DNA from: Bdellovibrionales bacterium
GTDB lineage: Bacteria > Bdellovibrionota > Bdellovibrionia > Bdellovibrionales > UBA1609
Direction of reading: 5' to 3'
DNA length: 64,000 nucleotides
Assembly (NCBI GenBank): GCA_027317865.1
Contig: DAHVQG010000012.1
Span: forward strand, 1-64,000
In this document: in pieces, positions 1 to 8,178 of the stretch
Layout: the number at the start of each line of letters is the position of its first letter
Numbering within the stretch: the first letter of the stretch is position 1
Position numbers and translations under genes: made by a program
The notes under the pieces: model-generated
The model's input: only the letters and a program-made list of their open reading frames with translations
Told to the model about the DNA's origin: nothing
Databases searched by the model: none

Positions 1-139
1 CATTCTCACCTCATACATCATTTACAATGGCGTCGAGCAGGAGCGCGCAAGCGGCAACTCTAAAACGCAAATGTACTTCGGCGACCTACCACCTAGCCCC
101 TTTATCTTCCCGAACTCGAATCAAAACGGAGGTCAGTAA
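1..139 (+). CDS. Partial CDS (3' end) of an unknown element gene
   Basis: The frame starting at position 2 is open to TAA 137-139 (ILTSYIIYNGVEQERASG...NQNGGQ*) and ends 1 nt before the next gene's GTG. Confidence 0.4.
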   Translation, partial: ILTSYIIYNGVEQERASGNSKTQMYFGDLPPSPFIFPNSNQNGGQ

Positions 140-140
140 A

Positions 141-458
141 GTGGCAAAGCGAATGCAATTTTACCTCGATGACGAATCAAAGCGAATCCTCGATGAACAC
201 TTTAAGGCGGCAAACACTGATTTTAAAACCGGCTCGATTAGCTACTCTGACGTTGTAAACGAGATGATCGTGACGTCAAAGATCGACATCAAGACGCTTC
301 AACTTAAGAAAACCGACGTCAGACGGTCTCTTCTAATGCTGGCCGCAAACTCAAAGCTTGATCTCGATGACATCATTAAACGCCTGCAAGAACTCAAAGC
401 AAAGACGGCTAAGAAGAATTTTAAAGGAGTACAAAAACCAAGCGAGGTGCCGCTATGA
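141..458 (+). CDS. Small putative DNA-binding protein (ribbon-helix-helix/CopG-like)
   Basis: GTG at 141 with GGAGGT RBS at 128-133. N-terminal beta-strand-then-helix pattern (KRMQFYLDDESKRILDEH). Stop overlaps the next start (ATGA). Confidence 0.55.
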   Translation: MAKRMQFYLDDESKRILDEHFKAANTDFKTGSISYSDVVNEMIVTSKIDIKTLQLKKTDVRRSLLMLAANSKLDLDDIIKRLQELKAKTAKKNFKGVQKPSEVPL

Positions 459-1339
459 AGTCACCCAATACGCCGCATGGGAGAGGTCCACAGATACTCT
501 CAATACTTGCCGAGCACGGGCCACTATCCGTTCGAGGGCTGTCATCAATCATTGAGCCGCCCATCGCACGGCGAAAACTTAAGGAGGTATTACAGCGACT
601 TGGAGAGCGCCAACTTATCATCAAACGGCATGCAAAAATCTACGGCGCTGGTGGCGTTTTTTACCAAATCAAGCAAAAGCCAAAGGTATGGAAGGAGGTA
701 TCGACAATCATTGGCTGTGCACCAAATTCACTTTTTCAGCCGCAGTTTCGCCAAATCGAATATCTTCACTCCGAATGTTGTGCCGTCTGGGCAAATGAAT
801 TTTGCCAGCAATTTGAGAACGTGGCTGTGCTTCGTGACTTTCAAATTCGCTCTTCAAATATTGCTCGCGAGCTGCTTCTAGAGACCGACAACGACGTCGA
901 TCTTTTGCCGGACCTACTCCTGATCTTACAAAGTACGGACGGATCAAATCTGATTTCAGTTGCCGTAGAAATCGAGCGTTACATGAAGACAGATGATCGT
1001 ACGCTGATGAAACTTAGAAAGTTTGCCGCCGAATCACGGCTTGATGGAGTGATTTGGTTTTGTGAAGACGACGGCATATCGGATCGTTTAAGGCGGCTCT
1101 ATGTAAATCGCGTGCTGCCAAAAGCAAACCGCATTAACAACTACGGTCATAACTTTATGCTTTTTCAAGATGATATTTTTGCCGCCAAAAAAACAACTTT
1201 TTGCCTTCAAAACACCGCTCACGACAATATCCACATTCACTCTTGGATGCGGCAATTGTTATCCACATGCTTGCATGAACGCTTTGACGCCAATTTCGTT
1301 GTCCGGCCCTCTGGGGCCGGACAATTAAACTTTGCGTAA
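455..1339 (+). CDS. Replication-relaxation family protein (wHTH + PD-(D/E)XK fold, Replic_Relax-like)
   Basis: N-terminal wHTH (ILSILAEHGPLS...LQRLGERQLI), H in EYLHSE, and PD..E-x-E motif (LPDLLL...VAVEIERYMK). Confidence 0.75.
   Translation: MKSPNTPHGRGPQILSILAEHGPLSVRGLSSIIEPPIARRKLKEVLQRLGERQLIIKRHAKIYGAGGVFYQIKQKPKVWKEVSTIIGCAPNSLFQPQFRQIEYLHSECCAVWANEFCQQFENVAVLRDFQIRSSNIARELLLETDNDVDLLPDLLLILQSTDGSNLISVAVEIERYMKTDDRTLMKLRKFAAESRLDGVIWFCEDDGISDRLRRLYVNRVLPKANRINNYGHNFMLFQDDIFAAKKTTFCLQNTAHDNIHIHSWMRQLLSTCLHERFDANFVVRPSGAGQLNFA
1299..1324. repeat. Perfect 11-bp inverted repeat (hairpin)
   Basis: TTGTCCGGCCC-TCTG-GGGCCGGACAA. Confidence 0.85.
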
Positions 1340-1387
1340 TACGACTTATTAGCGAGAAAACTAAAAGAAGTTTAGATGTTTAACCAG

Positions 1388-1516
1388 TTCCCGCCCGCCG
1401 CCTGATGCCCCTCTAAAGCTCCGTGACCCCTCTCCCCCTACATTAACAAGTTAATGTTACATTTCATGTACCGGTGGAAAGGGGTCACGGAGACGGGGCA
1501 TGGCGGCGGGCGGGAA
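1388..1516. repeat. Large nested inverted repeat; candidate origin or structured RNA
   Basis: Arm pairs at 1388-1402/1502-1516 (15 bp), 1405-1411/1495-1501 (7 bp) and 1419-1431/1480-1492 (13 bp), with internal palindrome ACATTAAC-AA-GTTAATGT at 1440-1457. Confidence 0.9.
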
Positions 1517-1542
1517 ATAATATGTGAAGAGGAAATAAGAAT

Positions 1543-1809
1543 ATGAGAGCGAAGAACGAAGCAGCAATGCTTGGAACTTCTGCTAACTCAGCTATAAAAT
1601 CAAATCCAGTCAGCTCGATCTTTGAAAATCAAATAGGCGCGCTAAAACTTTTTGATAAAAAAAGTTTGGCAAAACAGTGGGGCATATCCGTTCGCTATGT
1701 CGATAAGCTTATGGCGATTGAAGGTCTGCCCTACTTTAAAATTGGTAAATCTGTGCGTTTTCAATTAGAGGCAGTCTCGACTTGGCTTCTCAAAAGGAGA
1801 ATGCCATGA
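1543..1809 (+). CDS. Excisionase-like HTH protein (HTH_17/AlpA-like)
   Basis: LFDKKSLAKQWGISVRYVDKL...GLPYFKIGKSVRF...V..WL. Stop overlaps the integrase start. Confidence 0.85.
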   Translation: MRAKNEAAMLGTSANSAIKSNPVSSIFENQIGALKLFDKKSLAKQWGISVRYVDKLMAIEGLPYFKIGKSVRFQLEAVSTWLLKRRMP

Positions 1810-3101
1810 ACAGCACCTTCAATCGAAAACGCTATCAAGGTAAAGATCGACTCTATGTCTCGATCCCACGAACGAAAGGCATCTTTCGCCTCTATGTTTG
1901 GGACAAAGACATTGCGGCGTATAGCGACCCACAGTCTGGTAAAAAATATTTTGCTAGACGTAACTCGCCGACATTCGATGGGACGATCGAAAGACAGACG
2001 ATGTACTTTCACACACTCGACGAGGCGGAGACCTGGCAGGGCCAGGGTGTTAACGCCCAGACCGCAGCAATGCCGAGAGTGATAAAAGAAGGGCTCCCCG
2101 AGACGGCCAATGCTAAGGCCGCCTCAGACACCGGATACACCTTTTGGAATTTGATAGAGGATTTTAAAAAACATAAATTCCCTCTTCTTAGGCGCTCGAC
2201 TCGCCTTCAGTACCTAAAAGTGATTCCGATGTATGAGTACCTCTTTTCGATGGACGTCGAAGCGATCAACCCGGCAGCGATTGATGCCTGGATCAATCAT
2301 TTAAAGAGTGACGAAAAAATATCGACGTACCAAAAGACTCGAACGTCATTTGATAAAGAGGTTGAATCCCTAAAGGCGATACTGAACTGGTACATCGGCC
2401 GCTGCGACCACACTCGTCTCATATTGCCGTTTAAAACTCGGCATAAAGAGATGGTGCAGCTAAAGCAAAAGGCTCAGAACACGCAAAAGTTTATGACACC
2501 TGAAGAGTGTGAACTCTGGTTTCAGACTTTGCGTCGAGTGGCCCCAGAGTTTGTTGACCCAGCCATCACCCAGGTTGATGAGCTACTTCGAGTCTCAGAG
2601 GTCTTTGCGATGAAGTGGGACAATTACGATAAGGCAAAAGGTGTCTATCGAGTTTGCGAGCACGTTGTGTGGGATCGAACCCGAAACGGCGAAGCAAACA
2701 TAGAAAGCGGCACAAAGAACTTAAAAGCTGGCGAGTACTACGACGTACCGCTTAGACAGCGAGTAATTGAACTTCTCGAAAAGCTTAAGCCCGATGCTGA
2801 ATGCGAGTTGATCTTTCACGATGACTGTAAGCCTTGGACGTACCGGCAAATTCAGTACGGCTATAACAAGGCCTTTAAAGCGGCCGGGCTCAAGTACCGC
2901 TCAACTCATGTGTGCAGACACACGGGTGCAACGCGACTACTCGATGAAACGGGTGATCGACTCGTTGTACAGCAGATGGGCAACTGGAGCTCGCGAGACA
3001 TCGCTGACCACTACGCACGAATCATGAACGATCGCGCGCGAAAGGCGATCGAAAAAATCGACAAAATTGAGAAGCGAAAGCACTTAAGTATTGTTGGATA
3101 A
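1806..3101 (+). CDS. Tyrosine recombinase / phage-type integrase
   Basis: Catalytic motifs LRVSEV (R), HVCRHT (HxxR) and MGNWSS..IADHY (W, Y). ATG at 1806 after AGGAG. Confidence 0.93.
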   Translation: MNSTFNRKRYQGKDRLYVSIPRTKGIFRLYVWDKDIAAYSDPQSGKKYFARRNSPTFDGTIERQTMYFHTLDEAETWQGQGVNAQTAAMPRVIKEGLPETANAKAASDTGYTFWNLIEDFKKHKFPLLRRSTRLQYLKVIPMYEYLFSMDVEAINPAAIDAWINHLKSDEKISTYQKTRTSFDKEVESLKAILNWYIGRCDHTRLILPFKTRHKEMVQLKQKAQNTQKFMTPEECELWFQTLRRVAPEFVDPAITQVDELLRVSEVFAMKWDNYDKAKGVYRVCEHVVWDRTRNGEANIESGTKNLKAGEYYDVPLRQRVIELLEKLKPDAECELIFHDDCKPWTYRQIQYGYNKAFKAAGLKYRSTHVCRHTGATRLLDETGDRLVVQQMGNWSSRDIADHYARIMNDRARKAIEKIDKIEKRKHLSIVG

Positions 3102-3119
3102 ATTTTTGGCGGAGTGGAG

Positions 3120-3160
3120 AAATGGTCGCAAACAGCACAAAAATGGTCGCAAATGGTCGC
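3120..3160 (+). repeat. Three AAATGGTCGC direct repeats (putative integrase arm-type sites)
   Basis: Copies at 3120-3129, 3141-3150 and 3151-3160, between the integrase stop and the tRNA. Confidence 0.75.
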
Positions 3161-3236
3161 AAATGCGATTTTTCGAAATTTTCAAAAACTAAAAGGCTTG
3201 TGATTTTCAGGTCTTACCAATCTCAGTGAGAGAGAT

Positions 3237-3313
3237 TGGCGGAGTGGACGGGACTCGAACCCGTGGCCTCCCGCGTGACAGGCGGGCGTTATAACCAGCT
3301 TAACTACCACTCC
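3237..3313 (-). tRNA. tRNA-Asp(GTC)
   Basis: GGAGTGG acceptor stem, anticodon loop CT-GTC-AC, GGTTCGAGTCC T-arm, encoded CCA; 77 nt. Confidence 0.98.
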
Positions 3314-3493
3314 GTTTTTGTCGAGTGACTTTTGTAAATCATCAGACTTCGTTGCAAGCCATAAAATATAGTGGCGCTCACACAGGCAGGTCAAGTGAAT
3401 CTACCAGCCGCTTCGAACATCTGCATTTGGTTATTGAAGTGCCTCTACAATTGTAATATAGGTCGCTCGCTTGCATTAAACCCAGGAGTAGCA

Positions 3494-4024
3494 ATGGTTC
3501 GGCGTCCAAATTCGATTCTTTTGTGGCGCGTTCTGTTGCTGTCGGCTTGCATTCTATTTTCGACGACTGGGATATGCGATGGTCTCATTCGCACTATTTG
3601 GTGGTGTACGATCCCCTGCGAATCGAGCCTATCTCACAAAGTACTCAAAGAAATCAACGTGACCTATTGTGCGACTTCAGTTTTATCGCCACAAATGTTG
3701 CGGCAGTTAAACCCGCAGTGCCAACTAAAAAACCATCGCTCAGACGCGATCGCCGTTCGTAATTCGCAATTGCAGGGCGTGGCTCAATGTCAGTCATCAG
3801 GCAACTTGTGCCCCCATGTGGGCTTGGTTTCTTCCGGCTACACCTGTCAAGTAATGTGCCCAACGCAAGATCATGCCGTTCATGGTTATTCCGTTTGTGC
3901 AAAATCGGACGACGAAGCGTGGTCGTACGCAAAGAACGTTTGCCCCGACGCGACGATACCACCAGCGTCGATTGTGCCCAGGTCACAGGTCTGCGTCGCT
4001 AACGGCCAGACCCCCTGTAATTAA
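3494..4024 (+). CDS. Secreted cysteine-rich protein with two 6-Cys repeats
   Basis: ATG at 3494 after AGGAG. Signal-like N-terminus. Twelve Cys after the signal region, in a duplicated pattern. Confidence 0.65.
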   Translation: MVRRPNSILLWRVLLLSACILFSTTGICDGLIRTIWWCTIPCESSLSHKVLKEINVTYCATSVLSPQMLRQLNPQCQLKNHRSDAIAVRNSQLQGVAQCQSSGNLCPHVGLVSSGYTCQVMCPTQDHAVHGYSVCAKSDDEAWSYAKNVCPDATIPPASIVPRSQVCVANGQTPCN

Positions 4025-4043
4025 GGAGCATCATAGCCACATT

Positions 4044-4682
4044 ATGAACCGCACGATCTCGCTTAATAATTTATCAGACGCAAAAAAACATCTAAGCCAA
4101 GCTGACGAACGGCTTTCGAATTGGATTCGGCAGGCCAAGCTCTTGCCCATGGCCCGCTCCGCACAGTCACCATACGAACGGTTGGCCCGCGCTATAGTTG
4201 GGCAACAAATCAGTGTTGCTGCCGCTCAAACAATATGGTTGCGCTTTTGCGATCTTTTCGAAGATCAAACAGTTGATTTTGCCCGGCTTTCAGAACTTGA
4301 AACCGCTGTATTACGAAGCGTGGGACTATCAAAACAAAAAATCGGCTACCTTCGGGATTTGGCGCAAAAAGTGACGTCAGGGACTGTCCCCAAAGCGACG
4401 AAACTAATGAAATTCGACGACGAAAAAATCATGCAAACCCTGTTACCTATAAAAGGTGTTGGCGAATGGACCGTGCAGATGCTCCTTATTTTTCATTTGC
4501 AACGCCCCGATGTGTGGCCGATCAAAGACCTTGGCATAAAACGAGGGTTCATGAAAGTTCACAACAAACGGAAAATTCCTGACGAAAAATTTTTGCTAAA
4601 ATTCGGCGAAAAATTTCGCCCCTACCGCAGTTACGCAGCTTTGTACTACTGGAAGGCGCTCGATAACAATGGCGGTGCTTAA
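4044..4682 (+). CDS. alkA: DNA-3-methyladenine glycosylase II (AlkA/HhH-GPD family)
   Basis: LARAIVGQQISVAAA, HhH motif LLPIKGVGEWT, PDVWPIKDLG, RPYRSYAALYYW. Confidence 0.9.
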   Translation: MNRTISLNNLSDAKKHLSQADERLSNWIRQAKLLPMARSAQSPYERLARAIVGQQISVAAAQTIWLRFCDLFEDQTVDFARLSELETAVLRSVGLSKQKIGYLRDLAQKVTSGTVPKATKLMKFDDEKIMQTLLPIKGVGEWTVQMLLIFHLQRPDVWPIKDLGIKRGFMKVHNKRKIPDEKFLLKFGEKFRPYRSYAALYYWKALDNNGGA

Positions 4683-4709
4683 CGACTCAGGCGCCAGCGT
4701 TGTGACATT

Positions 4710-6167
4710 TTAAACCGAAACGCAAACCGTTTTGAGTTCCGAATAAAAATCGAGCGAGTGATCGCCGCCTTCACGACCAAGGCCAGACGACTTCACCCCC
4801 CCAAAAGGCACCCGTGGATCGCGCTTCGACCAAGTATTCACCCAGACCGTTCCCGCTTGAATTTCGTGCGCCATGCGGTGCGCCCTTGAAACGTCGCGTG
4901 TCCAAACACTTGCCGACAAACCATAAGTAGACGTATTTGCCCATTTGATTGCCTCTTGTGTTGTCTTGAAACTTTGCACAGTTACGATGGGGCCAAAAAT
5001 TTCATTAGCCCAAAGATCGGAGCAATTATCAAGACCCTCGATGACGGTTGGCTCTAAATAAAATCCACCACGTAATTCTTTTGGGAGTGATTCAGGTATT
5101 TTGCCGCCAACTGAAACTTTGCCACCTTCGCGCCCCGCCTGCGCTATCGCACGCAATGATTTTTCGCGCTGTTCATGACTGATGAGCGGACCAAGTTGTA
5201 CTTTGTCGGACGTGTCGCCGGTCAATGGGTCGCCGATTTTAAGCGCGGCGACTTGCCCGCGAAATTCTTCCATAAAATTGTCGTAAATATCTTCGTGTAC
5301 ATATAATCGCGAACCGCATAAACAAATTTGCCCGGAATTGAGAAACGCGGCACGCACTGAGCCTTTCACTGCCGCAGCAAGATCCGCATCTTTGCAAACG
5401 ATGTTGGCATTTTTGCCGCCCAATTCAAGACTGATTTTTTTGACCTGGGCCGCCGCCATTTGCTGAATTTTGATACCTGTGTCGGTACCGCCGGTAAAAG
5501 ATATCAGCGGAACACCGGGATGCTGAACAAGCGCCGCGCCCGCCGTTTCGCCGCGCCCGTAAACAATATTACAAACACCCGGCGGCAAAATCTCGCGCAC
5601 AACTTCAGCTAAGCGATTGGCGGTAAGCGGTGTAAGCTCAGACGGTTTACAAACCGCCGTGTTCCCCATCGCCAGACAAGGCGCGAGCTTCCACGTCAAA
5701 AGGTAAATCGGCAAATTCCACGGCGAAATCAGGCCACCGACGCCCACCGGTTGACGAATCGCATATTGTACAAGCGCCCCGTCGCCATCATAAGCCCCGG
5801 TTTCTTCGGTCACTATTTTGGCCGCAAAATACCGAAAGTTGAGAACGGCGCGCGGAATATCCACCTCGCGAGCGAGCCACAGGGGTTTACCGACATCGAG
5901 CGCTTCTAGTTTAGCGAATTCATCTGCCTGTTCTTCGATACGATCAGCGACTTTGTTAAGCAAACGCGCGCGCTCTTGAGCCGACGTTTTCGCCCATTTT
6001 TCTGCCGCTCGGTGCGCCGATTGAATCGCCATGACCATATCAACCGCATCGCTATCAGGAATCTCCCCGATCGTTTCACCCGTTGCCGGGTTGATATTGT
6101 TTATGAATTTGCCGGAACGAGCCGCGCTAAATTCATTGCTAATAAAATTCAAAATTTTCTGCCCCAT
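4710..6167 (-). CDS. Aldehyde dehydrogenase (2-aminomuconate/2-hydroxymuconate semialdehyde dehydrogenase-like)
   Basis: ISPWNLP, FTGGT, LELGGKN, GQICLCGSR, EIFGP and PFGGVKSSGLGREGG motifs. Start at MGQKIL after GGGAG. Confidence 0.92.
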   Translation of the reverse strand: MGQKILNFISNEFSAARSGKFINNINPATGETIGEIPDSDAVDMVMAIQSAHRAAEKWAKTSAQERARLLNKVADRIEEQADEFAKLEALDVGKPLWLAREVDIPRAVLNFRYFAAKIVTEETGAYDGDGALVQYAIRQPVGVGGLISPWNLPIYLLTWKLAPCLAMGNTAVCKPSELTPLTANRLAEVVREILPPGVCNIVYGRGETAGAALVQHPGVPLISFTGGTDTGIKIQQMAAAQVKKISLELGGKNANIVCKDADLAAAVKGSVRAAFLNSGQICLCGSRLYVHEDIYDNFMEEFRGQVAALKIGDPLTGDTSDKVQLGPLISHEQREKSLRAIAQAGREGGKVSVGGKIPESLPKELRGGFYLEPTVIEGLDNCSDLWANEIFGPIVTVQSFKTTQEAIKWANTSTYGLSASVWTRDVSRAHRMAHEIQAGTVWVNTWSKRDPRVPFGGVKSSGLGREGGDHSLDFYSELKTVCVSV

Positions 6168-6417
6168 ACTCGACACTCCCAAGTTTTGAATCTCTTCAGC
6201 CGAACAGTTCAACAATTCTCTATTGTACAACCTTACCCGTGACGAACCATAATGCTACGTATAATTAATTTTTATGGCTTCACGAAGCTTTACAGTTTAA
6301 ATCAAATTAAACCCGTTAGTTTCGACAGTTAAACAATAAACCTGTCGTAAAATTTTACTAATTTTAACGCCTGCGTCATACTGCCAAATTGCAAAAGTAG
6401 CTTCGAGGAGCGCGAAT

Positions 6418-8124
6418 TTGAATAAAGATTTTTTCAGAGGAATTTTAATAGCCTTCATAGCCGGCCAACTCGCTATCGTTCCCGCGCTCATTTTAACCCC
6501 GACTTTTGCTTTTGGGCAGGAATCGAACGCCGTACAAGCCGAGGCTCAAATTTCGGCAACCACCCCTTCTGAAGAAGAATCTTCAACCCGTGCCGATTTC
6601 TCTAAAGGGATTTCGCCGATTTATTCGCTACCCTCCGAAGCACTTTCGAACCCCTCGACCATTAGATATCTGGCAAATCATAGCGTGCCTGTTGAAAACA
6701 TTCACCTGACGATGATTGACCCGGCCACGCAGAAACAAGAAAGGGTGACGATTACCTACGGCGTGAGCCACAACAAACAACAATTTGACGCCCTCACTCG
6801 ATATACTGAATATGAGGTAAAAAAAGATCAATACCGTGGTTACAACCCTCGTATGATCATCCCCAGGGTTGATAACGAGCCGGTTCCGCCATTTCACCTT
6901 TCGGCCTATGGTTTGCGTCCAAGTGATGCCTTACAAGTCGAGATCAATACTAAAAAACTCGCACAGTTTAAGTCTTGGTCTGACTTGCAAATTCAAAAAC
7001 TTCGGGATCGTTTTCAACGCGCACAAGCCGAAGCTTGGCTCAACAAAATGGATGCGCAAAAGGCCAAACAGTTGAAGCGGGAGCTCAAAGAAGCAAAACA
7101 AACTAATTCGCGTTATGGACGATTTGTTCGCTGGTTTATGACTAAGAAAATTACAAATCGTAGCCCCTGGAAGATCGGCAAAGAATATAAAAAAGATCCC
7201 ACATATGCGTATGAGGCCACATTTGCCTTGCTCAGAACCGCCGGTATTTATGAAGCTTCAATGTTTTCACTCACGCACGGTGCAGTTCCATTGCCAATGC
7301 TAGGGGTTATACTGACCTCAGCTGTTTGGGGCCTTGGCAGCGGATATATCATGTTGAACGGACGAGGCTATTTGCGTTGGTATAATCACGACGGACTCAT
7401 GTCTAAAACCATGCGCACGGGTTTTAAATTGGCCGCGTGGCCAGTTGCCAAAGCGCTGGGTTATTCGCGCACAAACCTCAACACTTGGGAGTATAAGTTC
7501 AACTATTCACTCCCTTTTCGATTGGTTCACCAAATGGGCAAATACGTTTTAACCGAGCTGCCGTTTGTCGCCATACCCGGTTTTATTTTTGAGGTCGCCT
7601 GCCATTATTCGATATACCCGGCCGCGCATTTCGCAACAGCGCCGCTTCTCGCATTGGGTTATGTTTTGACCAAACTCGGACACAGCGCATGGCAGGGATA
7701 TGAAGGTCAAGGGATTCCCGACACGACGACTTCAAACATCGTTCACGGCATTGAGCAAGAGACATTAGATAAAATGGCAAGCGGTAAGTTGAACAACAGC
7801 GCCGGCGAAATCAAAATTGCTGATGTTAATTTCAAGTCGCTGTTTGTCGTCTTCGGTACCGCAATGGCGTCGAATGCTGGTGTTGTTCTTGGTATGATTC
7901 CGCATAGCCCCGTCGCCAACCATTTGGGCCTCGAAGTTATTAATACTCTTAAATACGCCGGTATAGCAGGTTTGACGTATGCAATTGTACGCTATGACCA
8001 ACACGCTCGAAACTACCTATTAAGCAAATGGAATGCGCTAAAAGACAATTTATTTCAAACGGCATTCCCCCCGCCCGACTCTAAAAGTTGCGCCCAACTG
8101 TTAAGCGTTCGTTCTGTAATATGA
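6418..8124 (+). CDS. Hypothetical exported multi-pass membrane protein (paralog 1)
   Basis: TTG start with GAGGAG RBS, signal peptide (AFG), several hydrophobic helices in the C-half; 568 aa. Confidence 0.8.
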   Translation: MNKDFFRGILIAFIAGQLAIVPALILTPTFAFGQESNAVQAEAQISATTPSEEESSTRADFSKGISPIYSLPSEALSNPSTIRYLANHSVPVENIHLTMIDPATQKQERVTITYGVSHNKQQFDALTRYTEYEVKKDQYRGYNPRMIIPRVDNEPVPPFHLSAYGLRPSDALQVEINTKKLAQFKSWSDLQIQKLRDRFQRAQAEAWLNKMDAQKAKQLKRELKEAKQTNSRYGRFVRWFMTKKITNRSPWKIGKEYKKDPTYAYEATFALLRTAGIYEASMFSLTHGAVPLPMLGVILTSAVWGLGSGYIMLNGRGYLRWYNHDGLMSKTMRTGFKLAAWPVAKALGYSRTNLNTWEYKFNYSLPFRLVHQMGKYVLTELPFVAIPGFIFEVACHYSIYPAAHFATAPLLALGYVLTKLGHSAWQGYEGQGIPDTTTSNIVHGIEQETLDKMASGKLNNSAGEIKIADVNFKSLFVVFGTAMASNAGVVLGMIPHSPVANHLGLEVINTLKYAGIAGLTYAIVRYDQHARNYLLSKWNALKDNLFQTAFPPPDSKSCAQLLSVRSVI

Positions 8125-8178
8125 AAGCTTAACCCCAATTTTCATTTCCGTTAAAATAGTTCAAAATCGCAGTCGCTC

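Larger units (their letters stand above)
1..3248. mobile_element. Right-hand part of an integrative element inserted at the 3' end of tRNA-Asp (left end outside the window)
   Basis: Co-oriented Replic_Relax gene, Xis-like HTH and tyrosine integrase abut the 3' end of tRNA-Asp. AAATGGTCGC direct repeats lie between the integrase and the tRNA. Confidence 0.85.

Noticed and set aside
3182-3394. 70-aa minus-strand ORF
   Set aside because: It is a translation of the tRNA-Asp gene.
3460-3475. GG-N10-GC (AGGTCGCTCGCTTGCA) as a sigma54 promoter for the Cys-rich gene
   Set aside because: The -24 box is a poor match (GGTCG rather than GGCAC) and nothing else supports it.
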